Virus record (IMG/VR): IMGVR_UViG_3300032216_000646
Coordinates: 1 to 64,000 of that record
Strand: one strand, 5' to 3'
Length of the DNA: 64,000 bases
Source of the DNA: a virus
Lineage: Duplodnaviria > Caudoviricetes
The translations under genes were made by a program, and so were the position numbers. Within the stretch, counting starts at the first letter, position 1. Each line of letters starts with the position of its first letter. Of this stretch, positions 9,080 through 18,761 are shown piece by piece. The notes beneath the pieces were generated by a model, which had not been told where the DNA came from, did not search any database, and worked only from the letters and a program-made list of their open reading frames with translations.

Positions 9080-11188
9080 TTACCTGCCTTCTAGGACAGC
9101 AATGCGGGTTTCTAGAGACTCAATCTTGGCGACAGCCTCCTGCAAAGCAACAGTAAGTAGCGGAACAACCTTACCTAAGTCAACGCCTTGGTAGTCTGGG
9201 TTGTTGTCTTCATCAACACCGTCTTTAGTTCCAGTAACAGCAATAGGAACTACTTCTTGTAGTTCATGAGCAAGGAAACCTTCGTGGTCAGTGTCTGCGC
9301 CAATAAAGTTAAATGTAGATGGCTTCAACTGTTTTAGGCGGGCAATACCACCAGTCAATGGTTCAACGTTTTCTTTTAGACGGTAGTCAGAAACTGTTGA
9401 GAAAGTTACACCAGAACTTGTTAGCGAGATGCTTCCTCTTACACCACCAGTGCTGGTAAAAGTCTGTAGGTATGCAGCCGTCGAGGTGTTGCTAGTTACG
9501 TAATACTCCATACCAGGCGAACTAGTAGTGGTAGTCGCTAGAGATGCAGTAATCGAACAGAAATAAGACGCACTAGCCCTTCCAGAGTAAACTCCAGGAG
9601 CGTTAGTTATTGTTCCAGTACCAGCCGTTGTGCTGTTACCGTAGAACTCGATTGTTCCGCCAGTGTATGACAAAGTAAGTCCAGTTCCAACAAAACTGCC
9701 ACCAGTAATAACACCGTTTGTAGCAGATACATCCGAGCCAAAACTTGCACTGCCGCTTGAGTTTATTTGGAATAATGTTGCACCACCATTAGTAAATACG
9801 GAGAGATAAGGGGCAAGTTGGCTGGCGTTACCAGTAATGTGCAGTGGGATGTTTCCCGTTCCGTTGCTGACAACAGTCAACGAACCCAGACCAGTAATGT
9901 TGGTTAGTGCAGAGCCACCAAGAGTTGCGGTGCTGTTTCCAATGGTTACAGAAGAACTTAGAAGTTTGCTAACGGCTATAGAACCAGCAAGCATGGTGTT
10001 GGTGACTGTGCCAGTGTCTGCAACAGTAACCGCTGTGCCAGTAATCTTGGTTTTGGTGATTGAACCAGCCAACATAGCGTCAGTAACTGTTCCAGTATCG
10101 GCAACGGTTACTGCAGTTCCAGTAATCTTAGTTTTAGTAATCGAACCAGCAAGCATGCCATCGGTAACTGTTCCAGTGTCACCAGTAGTGATTAGAGTTC
10201 CAGTAGTGGCAGGCAAAGTAGCAACAGTGCCTGTTCCTGCAACAGCAGCAGCCTTTAGTTGCACAGAACCAGAAGTAGACCCTGGGAAAGTAACTGCAGT
10301 GATACCAGTCAATGCAAGGTTGGCTGATGCACGAGCCAAAGTAATAGCAGTAGTTCCCACATAAGTTGTGTAACCGTTCAAACCAGTTGACTGAACATAA
10401 CTGTTGGTATCAAGCGCCCAAGTATTTGCTGCAGTCTTAGATAGCAGACCAGTAGTTCCAGCCAAAGCCGCAATAGCGTCAAGGTCAGCGTCCCATGCCT
10501 GAACAGTAGTTCCAATCGAACCAGAACCAAGAACGGTGGTAGTGTCAAGACCCCAAACCCCAGAAGTCTTTTTTAGGTAACCATTAGTTCCAGTCAATGC
10601 GGCAATAGAGTCAAGGTCTGTATCCCAAGCCTGCACGGTAGAACCGATAGCGCCTGCAAGTAGATAAGTTTCGTTAGCCAAAGTCCATGTGTTGGCTGCA
10701 GTTTTTTTCAGATAACCTGCAGTGGCTGTCAAAGCACCAATAGCCTGTAAGTCAGCGTCATAACCTTGAACCGTAGAACCAATAGTGGTAGAGGCTAGGT
10801 AGGTAGTTCCGTCAGAGGTCAGGTTACCGCTGGCATCAACTTTGACAAAACCTGCAGTGCCTGAAGATAGAGCGCCAACTTTAGTCAAAGAAGAGTTGAC
10901 TACAGTTGACTTTAGAGTAGTTCCTGTAAGAGTAGTGGCATCAGCAGTAACGGTGATGTCTGCAGACCCGTCAAAAGATACGTTATTGATTAGACGGGCA
11001 GTTTCAAGAGTGGTTGCTGTAGCAGCCTTCAAGAAACCTAGGCTGTTCCATGCAAGTGACCCATCACCAACTTTTAGGCGTTTATTGGTGGTATCAAAGC
11101 CAAACTCTCCAGCAGCCAAGGTAGGGTTAGTGCCAGACCAGTTAGTCGCAGTGTCTCTGCGCACCTTGATAGTGGTTTGTACAGCCAT
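9080..11188 (-). CDS. Fibre protein with C-terminal intramolecular chaperone (peptidase S74)
   Basis: N-terminal RRDTATNW...NPTLAAGEFG..T...KVGDG; internal repeats; SDYRLKENV, GFLAHELQEV and coiled-coil end. Confidence 0.9.
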   Translation of the reverse strand: MAVQTTIKVRRDTATNWSGTNPTLAAGEFGFDTTNKRLKVGDGSLAWNSLGFLKAATATTLETARLINNVSFDGSADITVTADATTLTGTTLKSTVVNSSLTKVGALSSGTAGFVKVDASGNLTSDGTTYLASTTIGSTVQGYDADLQAIGALTATAGYLKKTAANTWTLANETYLLAGAIGSTVQAWDTDLDSIAALTGTNGYLKKTSGVWGLDTTTVLGSGSIGTTVQAWDADLDAIAALAGTTGLLSKTAANTWALDTNSYVQSTGLNGYTTYVGTTAITLARASANLALTGITAVTFPGSTSGSVQLKAAAVAGTGTVATLPATTGTLITTGDTGTVTDGMLAGSITKTKITGTAVTVADTGTVTDAMLAGSITKTKITGTAVTVADTGTVTNTMLAGSIAVSKLLSSSVTIGNSTATLGGSALTNITGLGSLTVVSNGTGNIPLHITGNASQLAPYLSVFTNGGATLFQINSSGSASFGSDVSATNGVITGGSFVGTGLTLSYTGGTIEFYGNSTTAGTGTITNAPGVYSGRASASYFCSITASLATTTTSSPGMEYYVTSNTSTAAYLQTFTSTGGVRGSISLTSSGVTFSTVSDYRLKENVEPLTGGIARLKQLKPSTFNFIGADTDHEGFLAHELQEVVPIAVTGTKDGVDEDNNPDYQGVDLGKVVPLLTVALQEAVAKIESLETRIAVLEGR

Positions 11189-11247
11189 GGAAATCTCCTA
11201 AAGTCTTCTTTTATTTTAGGTCTAATGAGCCTGAGAAGTAAGGCTAA

Positions 11248-12456
11248 CTATGCCCAGTTACCAGCAATAAGTGTGCTAGTTGATGTTCCTATTTTTTCAA
11301 CTTCAAACCAAGAACCAGCCTGCATAACTGCAGATGATGATGTCGCCGCCGTACAAATAAACTGTGGGGTAAACGTTGAAGCCAAAGTTGCGTGGCTAAT
11401 AAAATAACCTTCAATCTCTGTAACCCAAGTTCCAGCAGCAGACTGAGAAGGAACAATAGTTGTTGCTGTGGCAACTGATGAAACACCTTGTTGAGTAATG
11501 GTTGTTCCAGCGGTTTGAGGGTAAGTTTTGAAAGAATACTTTATTGACTGAGGTGCGTTGCTAAATCCAAAAACAATGTTGATTGCTCCAGCAGTTGCCG
11601 AATAAGTAAACGAAGAGTAGTATTTTGCTTTAAAAATGTAGAGTTTGACTGCTTCTAGCGAAGACAGGACGTCATTTGCCGCAGCAAAAACGCTTTGAGT
11701 TGTGTTTGTAGATGCTGTCGAGTTAGCCAAAGAAAATACAGAGTGTATTGCTGGGATGCGACCAATACCAGTAGAGTTTTGAAAACCTGCAAAAGTGTTT
11801 CCAGTGTTTCCGCTATAGTTAAACTGACCTTGAGCATTAACTGCACCTGCACCAGCAAAGTTTAGGTATAAACCAGAAAGACCGATTACTCCTGGGCTAT
11901 TGTTTGAAGTCCAAAGACTTCCATCCCAGTAAATAGTGCCTGATGGCACGGTCATAGTGTTACCACTTCTACCAAGGTTTACTACATCAGTACCAGAGTT
12001 AGTTCCAATGTATACTGCACCATTACCGTTAGAAGCAGAACCAGTTCCACCATCAATGTAGACCGTTCCGCCAGCACCCTGAGAAGTATTACCATTACCA
12101 GCGGCAATAGTTATGCTTCCACCAGTAGTTATTCCTGAAGTATTTGTTGAGTTTCCGCCCTTTATAGTGATGCTTCCACCAGTTGAACTGGCGCTAGTAG
12201 TGTTACCGCCAAGTAGACTCAGTGAAAATGGACTAGCGGTTGCACCAGTATTACCACCTATAGTAACGTTTCCTGTAATAACTGAAGCAGCGGTGGTTTG
12301 ATAGTTTCCAATGTAACCTAAAGAGCCAGCACCTGCGGCAGCCCACGAGATGACGCCAGCACCGTTAGTTGATAGGAAGTAACCGTTAGTTCCACCAGAA
12401 CCTGCGATAGTTAGTGTGCCGTTTAGGTCAATGTTATTGAGAAACTTTGTAGTCAT
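11248..12456 (-). CDS. Gly/Thr-rich fibre or spike protein
   Basis: GGSITI.GG repeats; beta-rich C-terminus. Confidence 0.7.
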   Translation of the reverse strand: MTTKFLNNIDLNGTLTIAGSGGTNGYFLSTNGAGVISWAAAGAGSLGYIGNYQTTAASVITGNVTIGGNTGATASPFSLSLLGGNTTSASSTGGSITIKGGNSTNTSGITTGGSITIAAGNGNTSQGAGGTVYIDGGTGSASNGNGAVYIGTNSGTDVVNLGRSGNTMTVPSGTIYWDGSLWTSNNSPGVIGLSGLYLNFAGAGAVNAQGQFNYSGNTGNTFAGFQNSTGIGRIPAIHSVFSLANSTASTNTTQSVFAAANDVLSSLEAVKLYIFKAKYYSSFTYSATAGAINIVFGFSNAPQSIKYSFKTYPQTAGTTITQQGVSSVATATTIVPSQSAAGTWVTEIEGYFISHATLASTFTPQFICTAATSSSAVMQAGSWFEVEKIGTSTSTLIAGNWA

Positions 12457-12465
12457 AGACTAATC

Positions 12466-14346
12466 CTAGCCAGTGATTACAAGGGTGTAGTTGCTCAACG
12501 TGGTAGAAGCACTAGCAAAAGTAGCCACAACTGCAGAAGTAGTAGCGGTAATGTCACATTCTACAAGAGTTGCAGTAGAAGTAGAGGTGTCATACACCTG
12601 TGCAACCACAAGGTTCGTTGACCAAGTGTTTGTCCAAGAAATAGTTGAACCAGTACCCGTTCCAACCTGTGTAGCCTTACGAGCAAGCGTTCCGCTTGTA
12701 GGAAGAGTTACGTTAGTTGTAGCGGTGGCAGTAAGGGTTGTAGAGAACGCACCTGCAGTAGCCAGTGTGCTTCCGTTTACTACGGTTAAAGTTCCAGTAG
12801 ACGAGGTAACTGTAAGACCGTTGATGCTCTTGTTAGTCAGTGCTTCTGAACCTGCTAGAGTGGCAAGAGTTCCAGTAGTAGGAAGCGTGATGTCTGTGTT
12901 AGCAGTGGCACGGAAAATCTGAGAGAATGCACCAGCGTGTTGTAGAGTTCCAGCCAAGGTAATGGTGTTTGAACCGTTGTTTACACCAGTTCCACCATAG
13001 GTAGCACCAACAGTACCGCTAGTAATAAGCGAACCAGCAAGGTTTCCAATAGTCACAGCACCAGTACCGCCAACAGAGAACTGTGCTGATGGGAATGACG
13101 CAATACCAGCAACTGTAGTGCTTGCGTAAGGAACAGCACCTGCACCAGAGAACTGAGTATAAGCAATGCTGTCAGTGCTAATCTTTACAGAATACTTAGT
13201 AGATGCACCAGAACCAGTAGTTGCAGTTCCCTTAGTAGTTTGAACCCACTGAGTTCCACCGTAAGTACCACCAGAAATAATGTATACAAGGTCACCAGCA
13301 GCAAGGTCACCAAAGATGCTGTTGTCAGCGTCAGTAGCACGAGTCAAGACTGCCGCTGTTCCAACAGCACCAGCAGTAGTAACTACATAAATACCGTTAG
13401 CAATCGCTGGAGTCCAAGTTGCTGGACCGCTGCTTACACCACCAGTAATAAGAACACGGTCACCAGCCGCAAAAGTTACTGGGCTGGTTGAGTCCGAAGA
13501 AGTCATAACACCAGTAGCGGTGTAAGTAATGGTTGCACCAACACCTGTACCACCATCACCAGGAGGGTTAGCAGTAGTGCTACCAATGGCGTAAGTACCT
13601 GTGATTGAAGTGGTTACGATACCAACTACAGCATCGTGAACGTTGATACCCTGAGCAACGTTGTCGACGTAGTTCTTAGTAGCGGCGTCCGTTGAAGCCG
13701 TAGGGTCAGCAACGTTAGTTACACGGTTGCTACCCATTGTGATTGTCTGAGATGAAGCAACAGCCAAACCGTTTAGAGTTCCAACGCTAGTAAGAACAGA
13801 TGCGGTTGAAGCGCTAGTAAGGAATGAACCTGAAGAACCAGTTACAGAAATACCGTTGATGCTAGTAATGCTGGTGGGAGTGGCACTCAAACCAATGGTG
13901 ATACCAGAAGTTCCACCGTCCCAAGTAGTTCCAGAAGAAAAGGCTAGGTTTCCACCAGAAGTCAAACCAAGAGTATTAGTAGTGCTTGCCTTGATAGTAA
14001 TCGGACCAGAACCGTCAAAGTTTACTGTGTTGATTGCACGGGCAGTCTGAAGAGCAGTAGCAGTTGCAGCGTTACCAGTGATAGAAAGACCAGTAATGCT
14101 TGTGACTGAACCGCTGATGTTACCTAGAGAAACTGATGTGCTACCTAAGTAGAACGAACCACCACCAGTAGAGATGGTCTGCCAGCCAGTGTTGTCACGA
14201 TACTTTAGGACGTTCAGCGTAGAGTCATACTGAATACGACCAGAACCAGTAAGGGCGTTGATAGAAGTGGTAGAAAGGTTACCAATAACAGCGCCTTGAA
14301 GTTCAAGACCATTCAGGTTGATTGGGGTTAGAAAGTTACGAGCCAT
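12466..14346 (-). CDS. Fibre protein
   Basis: TARAIN..FDGS, VADPT..DAATKNYVD and LTRATDAD motifs. Confidence 0.8.
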   Translation of the reverse strand: MARNFLTPINLNGLELQGAVIGNLSTTSINALTGSGRIQYDSTLNVLKYRDNTGWQTISTGGGSFYLGSTSVSLGNISGSVTSITGLSITGNAATATALQTARAINTVNFDGSGPITIKASTTNTLGLTSGGNLAFSSGTTWDGGTSGITIGLSATPTSITSINGISVTGSSGSFLTSASTASVLTSVGTLNGLAVASSQTITMGSNRVTNVADPTASTDAATKNYVDNVAQGINVHDAVVGIVTTSITGTYAIGSTTANPPGDGGTGVGATITYTATGVMTSSDSTSPVTFAAGDRVLITGGVSSGPATWTPAIANGIYVVTTAGAVGTAAVLTRATDADNSIFGDLAAGDLVYIISGGTYGGTQWVQTTKGTATTGSGASTKYSVKISTDSIAYTQFSGAGAVPYASTTVAGIASFPSAQFSVGGTGAVTIGNLAGSLITSGTVGATYGGTGVNNGSNTITLAGTLQHAGAFSQIFRATANTDITLPTTGTLATLAGSEALTNKSINGLTVTSSTGTLTVVNGSTLATAGAFSTTLTATATTNVTLPTSGTLARKATQVGTGTGSTISWTNTWSTNLVVAQVYDTSTSTATLVECDITATTSAVVATFASASTTLSNYTLVITG

Positions 14347-14354
14347 TTACATTC

Positions 14355-14819
14355 CTAAGATAGATAAGCAAAGCCTGTAGTGGCAATGCCAAAAGTTACA
14401 GTGACAGTGTTTAGGGTCGGGTAAGTAGTTTCACCCTCGATAACGAATCCAGTTACGTCAGTAGTAGTGACGTTGGGATAAATACCCAAGTTATGTGTAA
14501 TGTTCCAAGTAGAGGATACCGTATTTTGGGTATGGACATACGACATACTTGAAGGTCCAGCAGGTCCAGTTGCTCCAGTTGCTCCAGTATTCCCAACAGG
14601 TCCGACAGGTCCAGCAGGTCCAGTTGCTCCTCGTTGACCAGGAACTCCAGGTAGCAAACTGATGTCGATTTCTTGCCAGTCAATGTCAGGGTCAACCGTT
14701 TGAGGCGGAGTAGTCTGACCTTCAACTGGATAGTCATTTGGGTTATACGCTTGCTCCCTATTAGGGATTAGCGTCACATCCTTCTCAGGATAAATGGGAG
14801 CGTTAGGGTTTATACTCAC
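14355..14819 (-). CDS. Collagen-like structural protein
   Basis: G-X-Y repeats followed by YVHTQ...WNITHNLG domain. Confidence 0.8.
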   Translation of the reverse strand: MSINPNAPIYPEKDVTLIPNREQAYNPNDYPVEGQTTPPQTVDPDIDWQEIDISLLPGVPGQRGATGPAGPVGPVGNTGATGATGPAGPSSMSYVHTQNTVSSTWNITHNLGIYPNVTTTDVTGFVIEGETTYPTLNTVTVTFGIATTGFAYLS

Positions 14820-16114
14820 AGAACTACCGTGCTTACTGGGTCAGTAAAGAAGTTTCCACCCTTGATTTCTTCCTGTGCGCTCGTGTAAGCGTCGACCATA
14901 GACAACGACCAGTAGGTGCGTTGCGCCACAGTAAGTGTCTGGTTCTTAGTCAAAGACAAAGTAAACGTGTAACTCTTAGACGCATTAGTCTCAACTTGCC
15001 CAGTCAAACTGGTAAGTGCTAAAGCAGTGGTGGCTGTGGTGGTGATAGTAAACGTTGTGCCAGTAGGGGTAGCATTACCGATTGTGTAAACACCATTCAC
15101 AGTGTTGTCTACGTTAGTAATCGCTACAGAAGCACCTGTAGTTAGCCCGTGAGCGGCACTAGTAGTCAACGTCACAGTTGTGCTACTAGCGGTTCTAGAA
15201 GCCGCTGTAATAACGTCAGTGCCTGTAGTAGCAACGCTTAGAGCAAACGCTTGAGCAACTTGAACAGAGCCACGTTGAGTCAGCAAGTTAGCAATAAAGT
15301 ATTTACCTGCGTAGTTACCAGTAAGGTCAATCGCTGTGCTGAATGAGCGACCAGCATAAGCAGTGAGGTCGCCACCTTCCGTGGGCCAGGGGATTTGAAC
15401 ATCACCATAAGTAGGCTTCTCCAAATGCACACGCTGAGGAAATGAGCGGTCATCCACTTCTTGAGGACGGTAAACAGGGACATAACGTCCAGTCATCTTA
15501 GAGATACGGCGAAGCGTAAAGATGTCAACCTTGTACATGCCGATACCCAACTGCATACACAGTTCACGGTATTGCTGCTTACGGACATCAATCATTTCCA
15601 TCAACTGACGGTAACGAGACGAACGAGGGATACTTACGCCATCAGGGGCTTGGATGTCAATGTCAAAAGACGCATCTGTTGCAAGCGTGTATAACGCCAA
15701 AGTCACAGCGTAGATAGCAACAGGGTATTCCTCCATAGTAGGGAGGTTGTCGACAGTAATGTTTCGACCAATAGGGTCAGTGTGGTGGGCAGTGTGTTGT
15801 TCTAAAGCAGTGCCTACTAGAGTGCCAACTTCAGTGGCAGTGAAATAGCGGTAATAAGTTCCACTAACTAAAAACTCAGTTCCATCAGCAGGAACTGTAT
15901 CCATTACGAGAACTCCAGTGGATTCCTCTACGGATGCGCTGTCGGATACCTCAACTCCGTTAGCAAACACACGAACACCTGAACCATCCAAAGGTGCATA
16001 GTGCAACTTGAATCGGTTAGTAGTTCCATCTGCCACGAACTGGGTTACAAATGATTTGCCAAGGTCGCCAAGTTCAACTCTTACCTTGTCAACAAGACTA
16101 GTTAGCGTAGCCAT
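14816..16114 (-). CDS. Putative head-tail adaptor with appended beta-sandwich
   Basis: LVDKVRVELGD N-terminus; TSAAHGLTTG..V.I domain; follows capsid genes. Confidence 0.6.
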   Translation of the reverse strand: MATLTSLVDKVRVELGDLGKSFVTQFVADGTTNRFKLHYAPLDGSGVRVFANGVEVSDSASVEESTGVLVMDTVPADGTEFLVSGTYYRYFTATEVGTLVGTALEQHTAHHTDPIGRNITVDNLPTMEEYPVAIYAVTLALYTLATDASFDIDIQAPDGVSIPRSSRYRQLMEMIDVRKQQYRELCMQLGIGMYKVDIFTLRRISKMTGRYVPVYRPQEVDDRSFPQRVHLEKPTYGDVQIPWPTEGGDLTAYAGRSFSTAIDLTGNYAGKYFIANLLTQRGSVQVAQAFALSVATTGTDVITAASRTASSTTVTLTTSAAHGLTTGASVAITNVDNTVNGVYTIGNATPTGTTFTITTTATTALALTSLTGQVETNASKSYTFTLSLTKNQTLTVAQRTYWSLSMVDAYTSAQEEIKGGNFFTDPVSTVVL

Positions 16115-16240
16115 GAGACCTCCAAAATCTTCTCTTCTATGTTCTCTTGTATTGCTTACAAATACAGTGCAAACACAAAGTCCGTCCTGCTAGGAGGAGG
16201 GCGGTTACCAGCAGGACGGACAGTCTGTGTGTGACGACTA

Positions 16241-16609
16241 TTACTGTCGCCAGATGTATCCCAAGTCCTGCAGGTAATCTGCTAGGTCACGGGGAACGGA
16301 GTACTTGACTCCAGCCTTGAAGGTGTAGGTGTTGCCGACTCCGTAAGTCATGTCTTCAATGTCTTGGTGAGTCCTGATGACTACCTTGTCATTGTTTACA
16401 GAAACTCCGACCTCTTCAATCTCATCAATCAAGATTGGCTGGTCTGGTTTCTTAGGGTCGAATACTGCTGTTTCTAGCAGTTCTTCTTCAGCAGCACGGG
16501 AGATAGAAATCTCATCCTTACGCTTCTGAAGTTCTGCAGCATTCTTTTTTGCTGCGTCTTCTGCTGCACGACCTGTTGCGTCCAGCGGACTAGTTGGGTT
16601 ATTTGCCAC
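16241..16609 (-). CDS. Hypothetical head-associated protein
   Basis: AGGAG RBS; directly after MCP. Confidence 0.65.
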   Translation of the reverse strand: MANNPTSPLDATGRAAEDAAKKNAAELQKRKDEISISRAAEEELLETAVFDPKKPDQPILIDEIEEVGVSVNNDKVVIRTHQDIEDMTYGVGNTYTFKAGVKYSVPRDLADYLQDLGYIWRQ

Positions 16610-16651
16610 GGTGTATTTCTCCTTGTTAGGTTTTTAGTTATTTGTTTGTTG

Positions 16652-16679
16652 TGGGGGACGGAGCGAACTCCGCCCCCCA
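16652..16679 (-). promoter_or_regulatory. GC-rich hairpin (UUCG loop) after capsid gene
   Basis: 11/12-bp stem; no U-tract, so mRNA stabiliser or weak terminator. Confidence 0.5.
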
Positions 16680-16692
16680 GCAACGAGGGCTA

Positions 16693-17826
16693 TTAGTTGG
16701 TGTAAACCTTCACGATAGCCTGGTCGGTGATAACACCGAGACCCCAGATTGCGTACCATGCTAGTGCGTGTTCACGACCGAAGTCTAGGACACCACCGTC
16801 ACGGAGTTCAACTGGAAGTGAGATAGCGTGACCGAATGCGTTGTCACCAATCATGATTGACTCGTAGACGTCCTTTGCAGGAGTAGTGCCATCAGCACCA
16901 CCAGCAGGGTTAGGAGAAGTCGAGCCAGTAGGGTTACCACCAGAACCAGGAGCGGTGTTAGCCTTTACAGGAACACCAGTCTGGTCTGCAGGAGCGCCAG
17001 TAATCGAGGTGTAGTCGATAGCGGTTGACTGTGCAAGCAGACGAGTCTGAGTGGTCTCGATGAATACGACGTCGTATAGACGACCGATTTCACCAAGCAT
17101 GAAGTTACCTGGGGCAGCGTACTTGGTTACTTCGATGAACTCTGGGTTCGAGCGAAGGTCACGAGACTGCTTAGGGTGGATGAACTGTACGTAGGTCTCA
17201 CCGATTCTAGGAATGTTCTTAGAAGCAAGGGTAAGAGCAGCGTCCTTGATTGCACCAGTGGTCAACTTGAAGTTACCAGTTAGGTCAGACAACTTAGTTC
17301 CAACAGTTCCTTCAGCGTAAGTGTTGAAGGTGGTTGAAGCCGAGAAGCCAGAACGGTCGTAACCATAAACTGCCGAAGTAGCAGCAGATAGGGTGTTACG
17401 AGCCTGCACGTCAAGATACTGTGCCATGTGGCGACCAAGTAGACGTGAAGCAGAAGCCATGATGTCGTCGAACGAAGCGTTCAGTAGCAGTTCAGAAACT
17501 GCAACTGCATAGCCGTGTTCAGCAACGGTGATAGCAATCTGCTCTGCGGTCAGAGCGTTGGTGGTCATACGTACACCTTCGGTTAGTGGACTTGGGTCCA
17601 CTGCGAAGTTCTTGTAACGTAGGAAGTTGACACGTAGACCTGGTGCAACACCAAGTTCGGTCTTCTTCACTGCGAACTGCTCAAAGCGAAGAATAGGCAT
17701 CGCCTGGAACAGGATTTCTTTAGACCAGATGGTCTGGATTGCTTGGCTCAACTGTGAGTTTGAACCTGAGTATGCGGTAGGGGCGGCAGCAAGTTGCCCC
17801 GAACCAGTTATAGCAGAACCTGCCAT
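16693..17826 (-). CDS. Major capsid protein (N4-gp56 family)
   Basis: LTEGV, FIHP...DLR, GEIGRL..V.FIET and AWY motifs; strong codon bias. Confidence 0.92.
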   Translation of the reverse strand: MAGSAITGSGQLAAAPTAYSGSNSQLSQAIQTIWSKEILFQAMPILRFEQFAVKKTELGVAPGLRVNFLRYKNFAVDPSPLTEGVRMTTNALTAEQIAITVAEHGYAVAVSELLLNASFDDIMASASRLLGRHMAQYLDVQARNTLSAATSAVYGYDRSGFSASTTFNTYAEGTVGTKLSDLTGNFKLTTGAIKDAALTLASKNIPRIGETYVQFIHPKQSRDLRSNPEFIEVTKYAAPGNFMLGEIGRLYDVVFIETTQTRLLAQSTAIDYTSITGAPADQTGVPVKANTAPGSGGNPTGSTSPNPAGGADGTTPAKDVYESIMIGDNAFGHAISLPVELRDGGVLDFGREHALAWYAIWGLGVITDQAIVKVYTN

Positions 17827-17862
17827 GATTTGCTCCTTTCAAGAGCGTTTGTTAGTTGGGGA

Positions 17863-18621
17863 TTATCCGAACAAGCCCTGTCCACTGTTAGTGCCACTGC
17901 TCAAAAGTTTCGAGCGGTTCTTTGCATAATCTGCCATAGACATCTTAGAGATGTCGTTAGGCGAATACGAAAGTGATTCCGAATCGTTATCGAGGGGTCC
18001 AGAGGCAGGCATTGTTATTTTAGTGCCTACCATTTCTTTCCGACTCTGCTGTGCGGCTGCACTCACTGAATCAAAAATCTGAGCAGATTTCTCTTTTAGT
18101 TTCAGGATGCTCTGCTCGATTTCATCCTTAGAGTCCCCAGCAATCATGTCAATGAGTTCTGGGATGATGCTCTCTCGCTCTGCCTCAAGTCTCTGCTGGC
18201 GATACTGCTGCAACTCTTGGAACTCACGTTCACGTTCAAGGAGGGCAAATGCCTTCTCTCGTTCCTGACGTTCGTTCTCAAACTTTGCAGCCCATTCCTC
18301 TTCCTTCTTTAGAAGGAGAGATTTGGCATCGAGTTCAGCCTCTTCTTGGGCTTTCTTTTGAGCATTGGCTTCTGCTTCACGAGCGGCACGATTTGCCCGA
18401 CGTTCTGCTTCTTTAGCCTCACGCTCTTGCTCCCTCTGACGAAGGAGTGCGAGTTCCTCTTGTAACTTCTCTACCTGTGGGTAAAGTTTTGCCTTCTCCT
18501 GAGAACGTGCCTTCTCGATGTCATCGGAGGTGTACTGGGGTTGGCTCTTCACGTCTTCCACGGTGTTTTCAGTTAGCGGGAGGGGTTCAGTAGTTTCTAC
18601 TACTTCTAGATTTTCATCCAT
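17863..18621 (-). CDS. Capsid scaffolding protein
   Basis: Glu-rich coiled coil between portal and MCP; C-terminal MSMADYAKNR. Confidence 0.8.
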   Translation of the reverse strand: MDENLEVVETTEPLPLTENTVEDVKSQPQYTSDDIEKARSQEKAKLYPQVEKLQEELALLRQREQEREAKEAERRANRAAREAEANAQKKAQEEAELDAKSLLLKKEEEWAAKFENERQEREKAFALLEREREFQELQQYRQQRLEAERESIIPELIDMIAGDSKDEIEQSILKLKEKSAQIFDSVSAAAQQSRKEMVGTKITMPASGPLDNDSESLSYSPNDISKMSMADYAKNRSKLLSSGTNSGQGLFG

Positions 18622-18761
18622 GTTGATTCTCTTTTCATTCTATGGGTCGTTTTCCGAGTGCCTTGCGGCGTGTCACATGACCTTGTCAGTTGTTACATAG
18701 ATAAGTTCACCAAAGTTTTGTGAACAAATCTCTATAAACTCAATGATTTCATCAAGTTTTT

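Noticed and set aside
9080-14346. Diversity-generating retroelement acting on fibre genes
   Set aside because: No reverse transcriptase and no TR/VR pair seen
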